This document shows, one piece after another, positions 7,635-17,424 of a DNA stretch of 44,122 nucleotides. The translations under genes and the position numbers were made by a program. Where the stretch lies: NCBI GenBank assembly GCA_964538465.1, contig CAZIGT010000002.1, positions 1 to 44,122 of the forward strand, in the 5' to 3' direction. Under the pieces are notes generated by a model. It saw nothing but the letters and a program-made list of their open reading frames with translations. It ran no database searches and was not told where the DNA came from. Numbering within the stretch: position 1 is the stretch's first letter; every line of letters starts with the position of its first letter. The DNA comes from an uncultured Thermoleophilia bacterium (lineage in GTDB: Bacteria; Actinomycetota; Thermoleophilia; UBA2241).

Positions 7635-8993
7635 CTACACGGCACCCTTCAGCGTTGTCGAGGACGCCGCCGTGATCTTCACGCGGGCGACCTCGCCCGG
7701 GGTGACAGGCCCGGAGAAGTTCACGGTGACGTTCTGGCGCGTGCGACCGCGCCAGAGCTCGCCGTGTCTGCTGGGGCCTTCCACGAGGACCTCCACCGTG
7801 CGGCCCACCATACGCGAGCGCTGCCGGAGCGACTGCTCTTGGACAAGGTCGATGAGAATCCGTACCCGGTCCCTCTTCGTCTCGTCCGGCACCTGCTCGC
7901 GCATGCCCGCAGCGACGGTGCCGGGGCGCGGCGAGAAGACGAAGGTGAACGCCGCGTCGAAGGCGGCCGCCTGGACCACATCGAGGGTGCGCCGGAAGTC
8001 GGCGTCGGTCTCGCCGGGGAACCCGACGATGAGATCGGTGGTCACCGCGACGTCCGGGATCGCGGCTCGGAGGGCGGCCACCCGGCTGAGATACCAGTCG
8101 CTCGTGTAGCCGCGCTTCATGGAACGCAGGACCGGGTCGGATCCCGACTGCATCGGCAGGTGGACGTGCTCGCAGACCGTGGGCAACTCGGCGAGCGCGG
8201 CGATGAGGTCGTCCGAGAGGTCGCGCGGGTGCGAGGTCATGAAGCGTATGCGACGCAGGCCGGCGATGCCGTCGAGCAGCCTGAGAAGGCCGGGGAATGT
8301 GGCGTCGGTGCCGTAGCGGCGGCGCTCTTCGGTCGGAAGATCGAGTCCATAGGCGTTGACGTTCTGTCCCAGCAGCGTCACTTCGAGCACGCCGTCGCCA
8401 ACGAGGCGCCTGGCTTCGGACACTATGGCCTCGGGAGTCCTTGAACGCTCCGGGCCACGCACGTGCGGCACGATGCAATAGGAACAGAAGTTCGTGCAAC
8501 CGGACATGACCTGCACCCAGGCCTGGAAGGGCCGAGACCGTACGCCTGGCATGTCGGCGCTGAATATGCCGGCATCGCCGAAGTGGCCGCGAAGCTCATG
8601 CGGTGCCACGCCGGTCGCGCCCGAGCCGCGTTCATCCAGCACCGCGCCCAGACTCGCGGCGAGCTGCGGCAGCGCCTGCGGTCCGAGCGCCAGGTCGACG
8701 AAGGGATACTGGGTGAACACGCGATCCTTCTCGGCCTGCGGAAGGCAGCCGGTGATCGCGACGACGCGTTGCGGTTCCTCGCCCTTGAGCCGGCCGGCCA
8801 AGCTGAGATGGCCGGCGAGCCGTTCGTCGGCGCTTCGGCGCACGGTGCATGTGTTGTAGATGAGCACCTGGGCGTCGAGGGGCTCGGCGACGGCCGTCAG
8901 CCCGAGCCCCTCGGCCGCCGCACGGATGCGTTCGGCGTCGTGCTCGTTCATCTGGCAGCCGAACGAGCGCAGATAGTAGGTGGACGGCCGCAC
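7635..8993 (-). CDS. miaB: tRNA-2-methylthio-N6-dimethylallyladenosine synthase (radical SAM methylthiotransferase)
   Basis: FGCQMNEHD N-terminal cluster, radical SAM CTNFCSYCIVP, TRAM C-terminus; ORF-track start 9437 trimmed to GTG 8993, 8 nt after the rny stop. Confidence 0.88.
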   Translation of the reverse strand: MRPSTYYLRSFGCQMNEHDAERIRAAAEGLGLTAVAEPLDAQVLIYNTCTVRRSADERLAGHLSLAGRLKGEEPQRVVAITGCLPQAEKDRVFTQYPFVDLALGPQALPQLAASLGAVLDERGSGATGVAPHELRGHFGDAGIFSADMPGVRSRPFQAWVQVMSGCTNFCSYCIVPHVRGPERSRTPEAIVSEARRLVGDGVLEVTLLGQNVNAYGLDLPTEERRRYGTDATFPGLLRLLDGIAGLRRIRFMTSHPRDLSDDLIAALAELPTVCEHVHLPMQSGSDPVLRSMKRGYTSDWYLSRVAALRAAIPDVAVTTDLIVGFPGETDADFRRTLDVVQAAAFDAAFTFVFSPRPGTVAAGMREQVPDETKRDRVRILIDLVQEQSLRQRSRMVGRTVEVLVEGPSRHGELWRGRTRQNVTVNFSGPVTPGEVARVKITAASSTTLKGAV

Positions 8994-9000
8994 GCGAGCC

Positions 9001-10530
9001 CTACTTGGCGTAGTCGACCGCCCGGCTCTCTCGGATGACCGTGACCTTGATCTGACCGGGGTAGTCGAGCTGGCCCTCGATGTCCTTGGCGATCTCGTGG
9101 GCGAGCAGCGCAGCCGAATCGTCGTCGATCTCGCCGGGCTTGACCATGACGCGGATCTCACGCCCGGCCTGGATGGCGTAGCTCTTCTCGACGCCCTTCT
9201 TGCTCTCTGCGATGTGCTCGAGAGCCTCGAGGCGCTTGATGTAGCTCTCGAGGGTCTCGCGCCGGGCGCCGGGGCGGGCGGCGGAGATGGCGTCCGCGGC
9301 CTGCACAAGCACCGCCTCGACCGTCTGAGGTTCGACGTCGGCGTGGTGCGCGGCGATGGCGTGACAGACGCTCTGTGACTCCTTGTACTTGCGGGCAAGC
9401 TGCTCGCTGATCTGGGCGTGCGAGCCGTCGACCTCATGGTCCACAGCCTTGCCGATGTCGTGCAGCAGGCCGGCGCGTCGCGCGATCTTGGGATTGGCGC
9501 CCAGCTCTGTGGCCATGATGCCGGCCAGGTGCGCCACCTCGATGGAGTGGCTCAGGACGTTCTGGCCGTAGCTTGTGCGGAACTTGAGCCGGCCGAGCGT
9601 GCGGACGAGCTCCGGTGCCAGGCCGTGGATGTTCGTGTCGAAGCACGCCTGTTCGCCGGCCTCCTCGATGACCGCCTCGACCTCCGCCTTGGCCTGCCCG
9701 TACATCTCCTCGATACGTGCAGGGTGGATGCGACCGTCGGTGATCAGCTTGGTCAGCGTGAGGCGGGCGATCTCGCGTCGCACGCCGTCGAAGCCGGAGA
9801 GTACGACAGCCTCCGGCGTGTCGTCGATGATGAAGTCGATTCCGGTCATGCTCTCGAGGGCACGGATATTGCGGCCCTCGCGCCCGATGATGCGGCCCTT
9901 CATGTCGTCCGACGGCAGCGCCACGACGGAGACGGTGGTCTCGGCCACATGATTGGCCGCTGTGCGCTGGATGGAAAGCGAGAGGATGTTGCGAGCGCGA
10001 CGCTCCGATTCGCGCTTCGCCTCTTCCTCGACGGCGCGCACCATCTTGGCCATCTCGTGGCGCACCTGGTCCTCGGTCTGCTTGAGGAGCATCTCGCGCG
10101 CCTGGGCCACGCTCAAGCCGGAGATGCGCTCGAGTGTAGCCATCTCCTCCGCGCGGACGGCGTTCAGCTCTTCCTGTAGCTTGATAGTGTTGCTCTCGCG
10201 GTCGCGCACGGACTGCTCGCGGCGATCCAGTTCGAGCGCCCGTGCGTCAGCCTGCTCCTCGCGCTGCGCCACACGCTGCTCGGTCTTGGCGATCTCGGCG
10301 CGACGGTCGCGCAGTTCTGTCTCGACCTCCGTGCGGACCCGGTGCAGCTCTTCCTTGGCCTCGAGCTTGGCTTCCTTGACCAGCGCGTCCGCTTCGCGCC
10401 TTGCATCCTTGACCACATGCTCGGCCTCACGCTCGGCTGTAGCCATCCTTCCGCGCGCTATGAAGTGGCGGACGGCGTATCCGATAGCCAGTCCCACAAC
10501 GAGGGACAGGCCCACGTAGAGAGCGATCAT
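9001..10530 (-). CDS. rny: ribonuclease Y
   Basis: 509 aa; N-terminal TM helix, coiled coil, KH ([15 protein letters not shown]), HD (LLHDIGKA). Confidence 0.93.
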   Translation of the reverse strand: MIALYVGLSLVVGLAIGYAVRHFIARGRMATAEREAEHVVKDARREADALVKEAKLEAKEELHRVRTEVETELRDRRAEIAKTEQRVAQREEQADARALELDRREQSVRDRESNTIKLQEELNAVRAEEMATLERISGLSVAQAREMLLKQTEDQVRHEMAKMVRAVEEEAKRESERRARNILSLSIQRTAANHVAETTVSVVALPSDDMKGRIIGREGRNIRALESMTGIDFIIDDTPEAVVLSGFDGVRREIARLTLTKLITDGRIHPARIEEMYGQAKAEVEAVIEEAGEQACFDTNIHGLAPELVRTLGRLKFRTSYGQNVLSHSIEVAHLAGIMATELGANPKIARRAGLLHDIGKAVDHEVDGSHAQISEQLARKYKESQSVCHAIAAHHADVEPQTVEAVLVQAADAISAARPGARRETLESYIKRLEALEHIAESKKGVEKSYAIQAGREIRVMVKPGEIDDDSAALLAHEIAKDIEGQLDYPGQIKVTVIRESRAVDYAK

Positions 10531-10555
10531 CGCTTCCCCTTATCATCCAGGCAGA

Positions 10556-10585
10556 ACACAAAAAGGCCGGGCGACCTGCCCGGCC
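10556..10585 (-). terminator. intrinsic terminator ~25 nt upstream of the rny ATG
   Basis: Minus strand GGCCGGGC-AGGTC-GCCCGGCC (perfect 8-bp GC stem) followed by TTTTTGTGTT. Confidence 0.7.
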
Positions 10586-10792
10586 TGTGCCACTACGTCT
10601 GTGGCCCGCATGGGGTGACGACACGTCGACCTGAGGTGACAGCGACGAGCCTAGACGTCAGTCCAGTGGTGGCTGACCTCCAAGCTGCCCCGACGGCGGC
10701 TCCTCGCAATCGCCCCAATATGGCATCGGCCACTCGTGCCGTAACTCACTATGCAGTACACCGAACTCGGACGGTCATCCGAGCGCAAGTCT
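10556..10792 (-). ncRNA. candidate ~235-nt structured leader or sRNA between recX and rny (unclassified)
   Basis: Bounded by the promoter at 10799-10828 and the terminator at 10556-10585; internal hairpins at 10766-10783 (CTCGGA/TCCGAG) and 10657-10677; no convincing ORF. Confidence 0.4.
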
Positions 10793-10798
10793 GTTGTG

Positions 10799-10828
10799 AT
10801 TCTATGGGCTAGTCGCCGAGAGTGTCAA
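10799..10828 (-). promoter_or_regulatory. sigma70-type promoter TTGACA-18nt-TAGAAT
   Basis: Minus strand TTGACA (10828-10823), 18-nt spacer, TAGAAT (10804-10799); 48 nt downstream of the recX stop. Confidence 0.55.
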
Positions 10829-10875
10829 CGAAGGACGGGCGTTCGTCACGGCCCCTGGCCTGCGGCCTGGTCGGC

Positions 10876-11547
10876 TCAAGACGGACCGGAGGCGGTGTCG
10901 TCTTGGTCGGTCGCGGAGACGTCAGCAGCCTCCGCCAGCCATGCGCGAACGGCGTGCTGGGCGACCTCTGTGGAGAAGCCGCGGCGGCGCAGGCGATCGA
11001 AGGCGCGCCGCCGAGCAGTATCGAACGGTACTGTCGGCCGGCCCATGCGCGCAAGGACGCCGGCGGCGCGGCCGGCCTCGTCTTGTGCCTCCTCGTCAGG
11101 AGAGGCGATCGCTTCGTCGACCACTGCGGGGTCGACCCCGAGACGCCGCAGGCCGGCAGCCAGGCGCTGGTTGCCCCAGCCTGATAGGCGGCGCTTGTCT
11201 GCAACGTAGGCCGCGGCAAAGGCCGCGTCGTCGAGCAGCCCCTCCGCGGTCAGGCGGTCAACGATCGCGGACGTGACGTTCTCGGGATACCCTTTCGCCG
11301 CCAGCCGTTGCCGCATCTCGCGAATGCCGCGGCTCCGCTGGCTGAGGAGGCGGTAGGCGCAGGCCAGGGCAGCCTCTCGGTCGGCGTCGGCACGCAGGGC
11401 TTCGGCGTTGGCATCGGAGAGCTCGCAGCCCGCGTAGAGCCCGTACCGAGCCACGAGCATCTCGCTCAGGGTACCCAAGTAGGCGCCATCCAGGTGGACG
11501 ACGTAGCGCGCGGCGCGGCCCGGGCGGAGTGTGGTGACGCACGGCAA
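10876..11547 (-). CDS. recX: recombination regulator RecX
   Basis: 223 aa; RecX three-helix repeats (AYRLLSQRSRGIREMRQRLAAKGY..., AAYVADKRRLSGWG); TTG start; immediately downstream of recA. Confidence 0.85.
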   Translation of the reverse strand: MPCVTTLRPGRAARYVVHLDGAYLGTLSEMLVARYGLYAGCELSDANAEALRADADREAALACAYRLLSQRSRGIREMRQRLAAKGYPENVTSAIVDRLTAEGLLDDAAFAAAYVADKRRLSGWGNQRLAAGLRRLGVDPAVVDEAIASPDEEAQDEAGRAAGVLARMGRPTVPFDTARRRAFDRLRRRGFSTEVAQHAVRAWLAEAADVSATDQDDTASGPS

Positions 11548-11585
11548 GAGCGGGTCCCCTGTGGGGTCTCAGGCGGGCGGATGCG

Positions 11586-12677
11586 TCAGCTGCCGGCCGC
11601 TTGGGCGGCCGGGCCCTGGGCGCCCTTGCCGTTGCCCCCCTTCTCCTCCGCCGCCTTCTGCGGTGCTGGCGGATACTCGACAGGGGGCAGGCCCGCCCGC
11701 TCGCGCACCTCTGACTCGATGGCGTTGGCGATGTCTGGGTTCTCCGTGAGGAAGGTGCGCGCGTTGGCGCGCCCCTGGCCGATGCGCTCGTCGCGGTAGC
11801 TGTAGAAGGCGCCGCTCTTCTGCACGACGTCGCAGTTGACGCCGAGATCGAGCAGCGTGCCCTCGCGTGAGATGCCCGTGCCGTACATGATGTCGAACTC
11901 GGCCAGCTTGAACGGCGGCGCCACCTTGTTCTTGGCCACCTTGACGCGCACGCGGTTGCCGACCGCGTCTGTGCCGTCCTTGAGGGTCTCGATGCGCCGG
12001 ATATCAAGTCTGATGGTGGCGTAGAACTTGAGCGCCTTGCCGCCCGTGGTGGTCTCCGGGTTGCCGAACATGACGCCGATTTTCTCGCGGAGCTGGTTCG
12101 TGAAGCAGGCGATGGTACCCGACTTGTTGAGCGTGCCGGCGAGCTTGCGGAGCGCCTGGCTCATGAGCCGCGCCTGCAGGCCGACGAAGCTGTCTCCCAT
12201 CTCGCCCTCGATCTCCGCACGCGGTGTGAGGGCGGCCACGGAATCGATCGCGACCACATCGAGAGCGCCGCTGCGGACGAGCATCTCGGCGATCTCGAGA
12301 GCCTGTTCCCCATAGTCAGGCTGGGACACCAGCAGTTCATCCACGTTCACCCCGATGTTGCGGGCGTACGTGGGGTCCATGGCGTGCTCGGCGTCGATGA
12401 ACGCCGCCTTGCCGCCGAGCTTCTGGACCTGTGCGATGAGGTGGTAGACGAGCGTGGTCTTACCGGACGACTCGGGGCCGTAGATCTCGACGATCCGGCC
12501 TCGCGGGATACCGCCGACCCCGAGTGCGATATCGAGAGCGAGAGACCCGGTGGGCACCACCTTGACGTCTGCGCCGGCCGAGTGGTCACCCATGCGCATG
12601 ACGCTGCCCTTGCCGAAGCTGCGCTCGATCTGTGACAGGGCAGCTTCGAGTGCTCTTTCCTTGTTGTCGGCTTCCAC
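11586..12677 (-). CDS. recA: recombinase RecA
   Basis: Walker [10 protein letters not shown], full-length RecA similarity; GTG start with SD GGAGAGGAG. Confidence 0.97.
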   Translation of the reverse strand: MEADNKERALEAALSQIERSFGKGSVMRMGDHSAGADVKVVPTGSLALDIALGVGGIPRGRIVEIYGPESSGKTTLVYHLIAQVQKLGGKAAFIDAEHAMDPTYARNIGVNVDELLVSQPDYGEQALEIAEMLVRSGALDVVAIDSVAALTPRAEIEGEMGDSFVGLQARLMSQALRKLAGTLNKSGTIACFTNQLREKIGVMFGNPETTTGGKALKFYATIRLDIRRIETLKDGTDAVGNRVRVKVAKNKVAPPFKLAEFDIMYGTGISREGTLLDLGVNCDVVQKSGAFYSYRDERIGQGRANARTFLTENPDIANAIESEVRERAGLPPVEYPPAPQKAAEEKGGNGKGAQGPAAQAAGS

Positions 12678-12694
12678 GGTGCCCGGCTCCTCTC

Positions 12695-13255
12695 CTACCG
12701 CGCTGTGAACGATGCCAGGGGAGTGTGGACCGCGCCGCCCCTGTCGAGGACACTAGTATAGAGGACCACCTCGGACAGACAAAGCTCGCCGAAGTTGACA
12801 TTTTGCAGGGGAAAAGGTTGACCTGGGCGGCGGAATCTGGCGACTGTCACGTGGGGCAGCCACGGGCGTCTCTCCGGCTTGTAGCAGCCGGTGGCGGCGA
12901 GAGCGGCGCTGACGTCGGCCTGGGTCTGGCGCAGTCGATCAAGGCCGTCCGGGGCGCCGCGAGCCGCCAGCAGCTCTAGGGTGACCACGCGCTTCTTGCC
13001 GTGCTCCGGTAGGAAGAGGGGCGCTCCGAGCGCCACCGTGGCCTTGGTCACAGGCACGCTCGCGAGTGCCGCCTGCACGTCCGGTACGGCGGCGGCCGGC
13101 GTGTCGCCCAGGAAGCACAACGTGAGGTGCAGGCTGCGGTTCAGGCGTACCTCTTGCCGCGGTGCCAGCTCGCGCTCCTGCCACGCGGAGATGGCCTCGC
13201 GGGCGTCCGCCGGCAAGGAGGCGGCCACGAACAGGCGGAGCTGCCGCTCGCTCAT
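12695..13255 (-). CDS. thpR: RNA 2',3'-cyclic phosphodiesterase / 2'-5' RNA ligase family (LigT/ThpR)
   Basis: Two HxT motifs ([15 protein letters not shown]); ORF-track start trimmed to ATG 13255, overlapping the cinA stop (ATGA). Confidence 0.8.
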   Translation of the reverse strand: MSERQLRLFVAASLPADAREAISAWQERELAPRQEVRLNRSLHLTLCFLGDTPAAAVPDVQAALASVPVTKATVALGAPLFLPEHGKKRVVTLELLAARGAPDGLDRLRQTQADVSAALAATGCYKPERRPWLPHVTVARFRRPGQPFPLQNVNFGELCLSEVVLYTSVLDRGGAVHTPLASFTAR

Positions 13256-14523
13256 GGGTCTGTGCCCAGCGCGCGACGGAGCAGATGGAGCGCCGCGGTG
13301 ACCGCCTGGCGGCGCACCGCGTCGCGGTCCTGGACCAGATGGTGCTCCTTGACCGTGGTGACTCCCTTGGGGCCCGCGCATCCCACATAGACGAGTCCTA
13401 CCGGCTTGTCAGGCGTGCCGCCGTCCGGACCCGCCACTCCTGTGATGCTGAGACCATAGTCCGCCCCGATCAGGCGTCTGACCCCGGCCGCCATGGCCGC
13501 AGCCGTCTCCGATGACACAGCTCCGTGCTGGGCCAGTACGTCCGACGGCACCCCCAGCAGGCTCTGCTTGACCTCGTTGGCGTACGAGAGCACCCCGCCG
13601 AGAAAGTACCGGGAGCTGCCCGCCCGGGCCGTGATGCGACCGCCGAGCAGCCCGCCGGTGCATGATTCGGCCACGGCGAGAGTGGCGGCGCGGTCGCAGA
13701 GGCCTTCGGCGACGATCTCGTCGAGCGTGCGACCGTCGCGTGAGTAGATGGGGACGGTCTGGTCGAGCGCGGCGGCAAGGCCGTCCGCCTGCCTCTCCCC
13801 TGCCGCGTTCCACCAGGCGATGCGCACGACGACCTCGCCGTCCGTCGCCGTGACGCCCACGTCGATGGCGTCGTGCGCGGCAGCCTCGATGACGGGGGCA
13901 ACGGCCATCTCTCCCACACCCCAGGCGCGCAGCAGCCGTGCGTGCGGCGCCGTGCTCCTGGCCACGAGTGACTCGAGCACGGGCGGCCACATGGCCTCCA
14001 GCTCGCGCGGCGGGCCGGGCAGAACGATGATGGTAGTGGAACCCCTCTCCATGATCGCTCCGGGTGCTACACCTGCCGGCTCCACACACCGTGAGCCTCG
14101 CGGCAGGAGGGCCTGCTTCCTCGCCTGGTCGTAGAGGTCGCGGGCGCGCAGACCGCGGCGCCGTGCCACGTCGTCGAGGCGCGCCTTCACGTGGCTCCAC
14201 GCGACCTCGTCGTACTCGAGTGGGGTCGCCGTGGCGTCTGCGATGGCCGCCATGGTGACGTCGTCGTGCGTGGTGCCCAGGCCGCCGCTCACGACGAGCA
14301 CGGCGATGTCGCGCGAAAGGGCGTCGCGGACGGCGCCGGCGATGCGCAGGGCGTCGTCGGGGACCACCTGCAGGCCGTCCACGACGAAGCCGCGCTCGAT
14401 CAGGCTTGCGGTGAGGAAGGGACCGTTCGTGTCGCGCACGCGGGCCTGGAGCAACTCGTCGCCTGTGAGGAGAACCGCCGCTCGCGGCCTCTCTGTGCTG
14501 CGTGTGTGTCCGGAGGCGGTCAT
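13252..14523 (-). CDS. cinA: competence/damage-inducible protein CinA (MoCF + nicotinamide-nucleotide amidase domains)
   Basis: AAVLLTGDELL..RDTNGPF N-terminal domain, C-terminal CinA/PncC domain (AVAESCTGG); ATG 14523 overlaps the pgsA stop (ATGA). Confidence 0.88.
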   Translation of the reverse strand: MTASGHTRSTERPRAAVLLTGDELLQARVRDTNGPFLTASLIERGFVVDGLQVVPDDALRIAGAVRDALSRDIAVLVVSGGLGTTHDDVTMAAIADATATPLEYDEVAWSHVKARLDDVARRRGLRARDLYDQARKQALLPRGSRCVEPAGVAPGAIMERGSTTIIVLPGPPRELEAMWPPVLESLVARSTAPHARLLRAWGVGEMAVAPVIEAAAHDAIDVGVTATDGEVVVRIAWWNAAGERQADGLAAALDQTVPIYSRDGRTLDEIVAEGLCDRAATLAVAESCTGGLLGGRITARAGSSRYFLGGVLSYANEVKQSLLGVPSDVLAQHGAVSSETAAAMAAGVRRLIGADYGLSITGVAGPDGGTPDKPVGLVYVGCAGPKGVTTVKEHHLVQDRDAVRRQAVTAALHLLRRALGTDP

Positions 14524-15275
14524 GAGGCGCCGACTTCCCCATCGGGGCCGCCACCTCGCTCGCCGGCGCCACGTCCTTGCGGGACGACCTCGGTGGCATC
14601 CGGAACGACCGCAGCGGGAGCTGGGTCGGGCGTGACGGCCGAGCCCGGACAAGCGCCGGCCGCAGCGGCCGGCCCCTGCTCGGCCGCGGCCTGCGCCGCA
14701 TCGGCGGCCTCCCCCTCGTAGCCCGTCTCCGGAGCGCTCTGCGGTCGCGAGAGCAGTTCGCGGGCGTTCCAGAAGTACTCCACGCCCGACACGAGAGTAA
14801 GGGCGACGGCAATGTAGATGAGGATCTCACCGATGGTCTTGCCGTGCTCAAGCGAATCGGGCACGAGCAACAGGAACAGGATAGCTACCGTCTGGCTGAC
14901 CGTCTTGGCCTTGCCGAGGCGGTCGGCCGGGATGCTCACTCCTTGAGCCGCGGCGAACAGCCTGAGGCCCGTCACGGCGAACTCGCGGGCGATGATCACC
15001 ATGGCTGCCCACGCCGCGAGCTTGTCGAGGCTGACGAGGGCGATGAGGGCCGCCGACACGAGCAATTTGTCGGCGAGGGGGTCCAGGAAGATACCGGTGG
15101 CGGTGATCTTCTTCTGCTTGCGGGCGACGTAGCCGTCCAGCTTGTCGGTGCCGGCAGCCAGCGCGAACACGGCCACCGCGAGGTACTCGCCGTACGGCAC
15201 TTCCGAGAACAGCAGGACGAGGAACACCGGGATGAGCATGATGCGGGCCACGGTGATGGCGTTGGCAGCGTTCAC
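14520..15275 (-). CDS. pgsA: CDP-diacylglycerol--glycerol-3-phosphate 3-phosphatidyltransferase
   Basis: CDP-alcohol phosphatidyltransferase motif DKLDGYVARK...G..LDPLADK; ~75-aa Ala/Pro-rich C-terminal tail. Confidence 0.88.
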   Translation of the reverse strand: MNAANAITVARIMLIPVFLVLLFSEVPYGEYLAVAVFALAAGTDKLDGYVARKQKKITATGIFLDPLADKLLVSAALIALVSLDKLAAWAAMVIIAREFAVTGLRLFAAAQGVSIPADRLGKAKTVSQTVAILFLLLVPDSLEHGKTIGEILIYIAVALTLVSGVEYFWNARELLSRPQSAPETGYEGEAADAAQAAAEQGPAAAAGACPGSAVTPDPAPAAVVPDATEVVPQGRGAGERGGGPDGEVGAS

Positions 15276-15323
15276 GAGCGTCCTTGGGTGGTCGTCCGCC
15301 GGCAGGCCGGCCGAGCTGGCATC

Positions 15324-16652
15324 TCAGCGTGCTTGTCCATGGAGGTCGAAGCCGGTGGCGGCCACGATGCGGGCACGAACGAGCGTCCCGCGGCGTGCTG
15401 CCCGTCCGGTCACGAACGTCTGGCCGTCCACGTCGGGAGCCTGGTAGGGGATTCTACCAACCGCTTCCCCGTCGGGGTCTCGTGTCCCACTCTCGATCAG
15501 CACGTCGAGCTCCTGCCCTGTGAGGCCGTCCCAGAAGGCGCGGCCGGCCGTTTCGATGGCCTCGGCCAGCCGGGCGGCGCGTTGTTCGGCGACGGTCGTG
15601 GGCACGCGGTCCGAGCAGGCGGCCGACCGCGTGCCCTCCTGGGGGTCGAACACGAAGACGCCGGCCACAGCCAGGCCGGCCTCGCGGACGAACTCCTCGA
15701 GTCGCTCGAACGCCTGCTCGCTCTCGCCAGGATGACCGACCAGGAACGTGGAACGCACGGCAGCCTGCGGGATGCGGTCGCGGATGCGGTCGAGCAGGGC
15801 CAAAAAGCGGCGTGCGTCGCCGGAGCGGCCCATCCGGCGCAGGACGCCGGCGTCGGCGTGCTGGAGCGGCAGGTCGAGGTACGGGAGGGCATGTTCGGCG
15901 ACAGCGTCCAGGAGAGCCTCATCGACTCCCTGCGGCTGCAGATAGAGCAGGCGCACCCAGAGTGCCCCGAGGCGCTTCAGGTCCGCCAGGAGGCGCGAGA
16001 GACCGCCATAGGCGGGCCAGGACCAGCGGGACGTGTCCTGGCCGACAAGGACGAGCTCACGAGCACCCGATGCGAGGGCGCGCTCGGCCGCCGCGAGGAT
16101 CTCTCCCGGCGACACTATCTCGTAGCTGCCCTTGATCAGCGGGATGGCGCAGAAGGCGCAGCGCTGGTCGCAGCCGTCCGAGATCTTGAGGAACGAGTGA
16201 AGAGGCGCAGGAGCGCGGCTGCGAACGCGCCTGTTCCCGGCGGCGAGAGGCCCGGCGTGCCGCGCCGCGAGCTCGTCGAGGAGGGCGATGACAGGTGCAT
16301 GGTCGAACTCGCAGAAGAGGTCGACCTCAGGGAGTTCGCGCTCGAGCTCCCGCCGGTACCTGGCTACCAGACAGCCGTACATGGCCACGCGGGCCCCGGA
16401 TCGTCGGGCGGCCTCGGCCGCCTCCAGAACGGCGTCGATCGACTCCTCAATGGCGGCATCGATGAAGCCACACGTGTTGACGATGATGAGGTCGGCGCGT
16501 TTCAGGGATGCCGGCAGGTGGCCGGCAGCGCGGAACGCAGCACTCAGCCGGTCAGAGTCGGCTTCGTTCTTGGGGCATCCGAGCGTTGCGATGAAGAAGC
16601 GGGCGCCGGTCGTGGGACCGGCCTCAGTGCCGTCTCCGGCGAGAACGGTCAC
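15324..16652 (-). CDS. rimO: ribosomal protein S12 methylthiotransferase
   Basis: LGCPKNEADS, radical SAM GCDQRCAFCAIP, TRAM end; start set to GTG 16652, overlapping the upstream stop (GTGA). Confidence 0.88.
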   Translation of the reverse strand: MTVLAGDGTEAGPTTGARFFIATLGCPKNEADSDRLSAAFRAAGHLPASLKRADLIIVNTCGFIDAAIEESIDAVLEAAEAARRSGARVAMYGCLVARYRRELERELPEVDLFCEFDHAPVIALLDELAARHAGPLAAGNRRVRSRAPAPLHSFLKISDGCDQRCAFCAIPLIKGSYEIVSPGEILAAAERALASGARELVLVGQDTSRWSWPAYGGLSRLLADLKRLGALWVRLLYLQPQGVDEALLDAVAEHALPYLDLPLQHADAGVLRRMGRSGDARRFLALLDRIRDRIPQAAVRSTFLVGHPGESEQAFERLEEFVREAGLAVAGVFVFDPQEGTRSAACSDRVPTTVAEQRAARLAEAIETAGRAFWDGLTGQELDVLIESGTRDPDGEAVGRIPYQAPDVDGQTFVTGRAARRGTLVRARIVAATGFDLHGQAR

Positions 16653-17413
16653 TGTTCCGTGACCTGACCCTTCGAGAAGCAGTACACGACGCCGGACGTG
16701 TCGCCCTGCGTTTGCACCTGCTCGTCGTTGAGCCAGATGGACAGCGACGACGGGTTGCCGCCGACGCGGACGTAGAGTACGCCCTTGGGCCTGAACGTCT
16801 TGCGCTCGCCTTGCTGGAGGATCCCGGCGTAGGTGGCCGTGTTCTGCAGGCTGCTGGTGAACACCTCGATGTAGCACGCGGCGTTCGTGGCCTCGACGAC
16901 CACCGTGCTCGCGCCGGTGACGGCCGGTGCAGGAGGACTCGTGGGGGAGTGCTTCGCCGAGGGTGACGCACTGGGTGTGAGGGCGCTCGGGTTCACGTTC
17001 GGCAGATCGTCGTCCTTGCCGCCGCCGATTCCGATGAGGTAGATGGCAGCCAGTACCAGGACGGCCACAACGGCGAAGAAGATGAGCCCGGACTTGCGGC
17101 GAGAGGCCGCCGGCCGGCGCAAGGCCGAGGCGCCGGCGAACTGGTCTTCGTCAGCCTCGGCGTAGCGTGAGTTGAACTCGTCGACGAAGACCTTGGGGTC
17201 GAGGCCGAGGTAGCTGGCGTAGCTGTGTAGGAACCCCTTGGCGTACGCCTGTCCTGGGAGAACGCCGAAGTCCTCGTCCTCCAGTGCCTGCAGGTACCTG
17301 CAGCGGATCTTGGTGTCTTCCTCGACTTGCTGAAGCGTGAGGCGCTTGCGGACGCGCGCCTCGCGCAGAGTGGGTCCGATCTCGAACACTGAGCCGTCCT
17401 GGTGCGCGAACAC
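16649..17413 (-). CDS. RodZ-like HTH / DUF4115 membrane protein
   Basis: N-terminal HTH (IGPTLREARVRKRLTLQQVEEDTKIRCRYLQALE), central TM helix, C-terminal DUF4115-like beta domain; alternative GTG start at 17389. Confidence 0.7.
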   Translation of the reverse strand: MFAHQDGSVFEIGPTLREARVRKRLTLQQVEEDTKIRCRYLQALEDEDFGVLPGQAYAKGFLHSYASYLGLDPKVFVDEFNSRYAEADEDQFAGASALRRPAASRRKSGLIFFAVVAVLVLAAIYLIGIGGGKDDDLPNVNPSALTPSASPSAKHSPTSPPAPAVTGASTVVVEATNAACYIEVFTSSLQNTATYAGILQQGERKTFRPKGVLYVRVGGNPSSLSIWLNDEQVQTQGDTSGVVYCFSKGQVTEQ

Positions 17414-17424
17414 CCTCGAGTTGT

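Noticed and set aside
7635-9437. 5'-extended ORF-track calls. Examples: miaB to 9437, dapB to 24090, pyrD to 42343, gmk to 40598, rimO to 16877, rbfA to 31032, cinA to 14652, thpR to 13381, AMMECR1 to 6933.
   Set aside because: The extensions are Arg/Pro-rich and overlap the upstream gene in another frame. Conserved N-termini plus GTGA/ATGA overlaps give shorter, family-typical proteins.
10556-10792. Possible assignment of the recX-rny RNA to a known class (T-box, SRP RNA, 6S, tmRNA, RNase P, ydaO/c-di-AMP riboswitch).
   Set aside because: There is only a loose resemblance: GUAGUGGCAC versus the T-box GGUGGNACC. There is no GGAA-tetraloop SRP domain IV, no GAGGAAAGUCC, no tRNA-like end, no AACCUCG element, and no convincing antiterminator pairing. 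I left it unclassified rather than naming a family.
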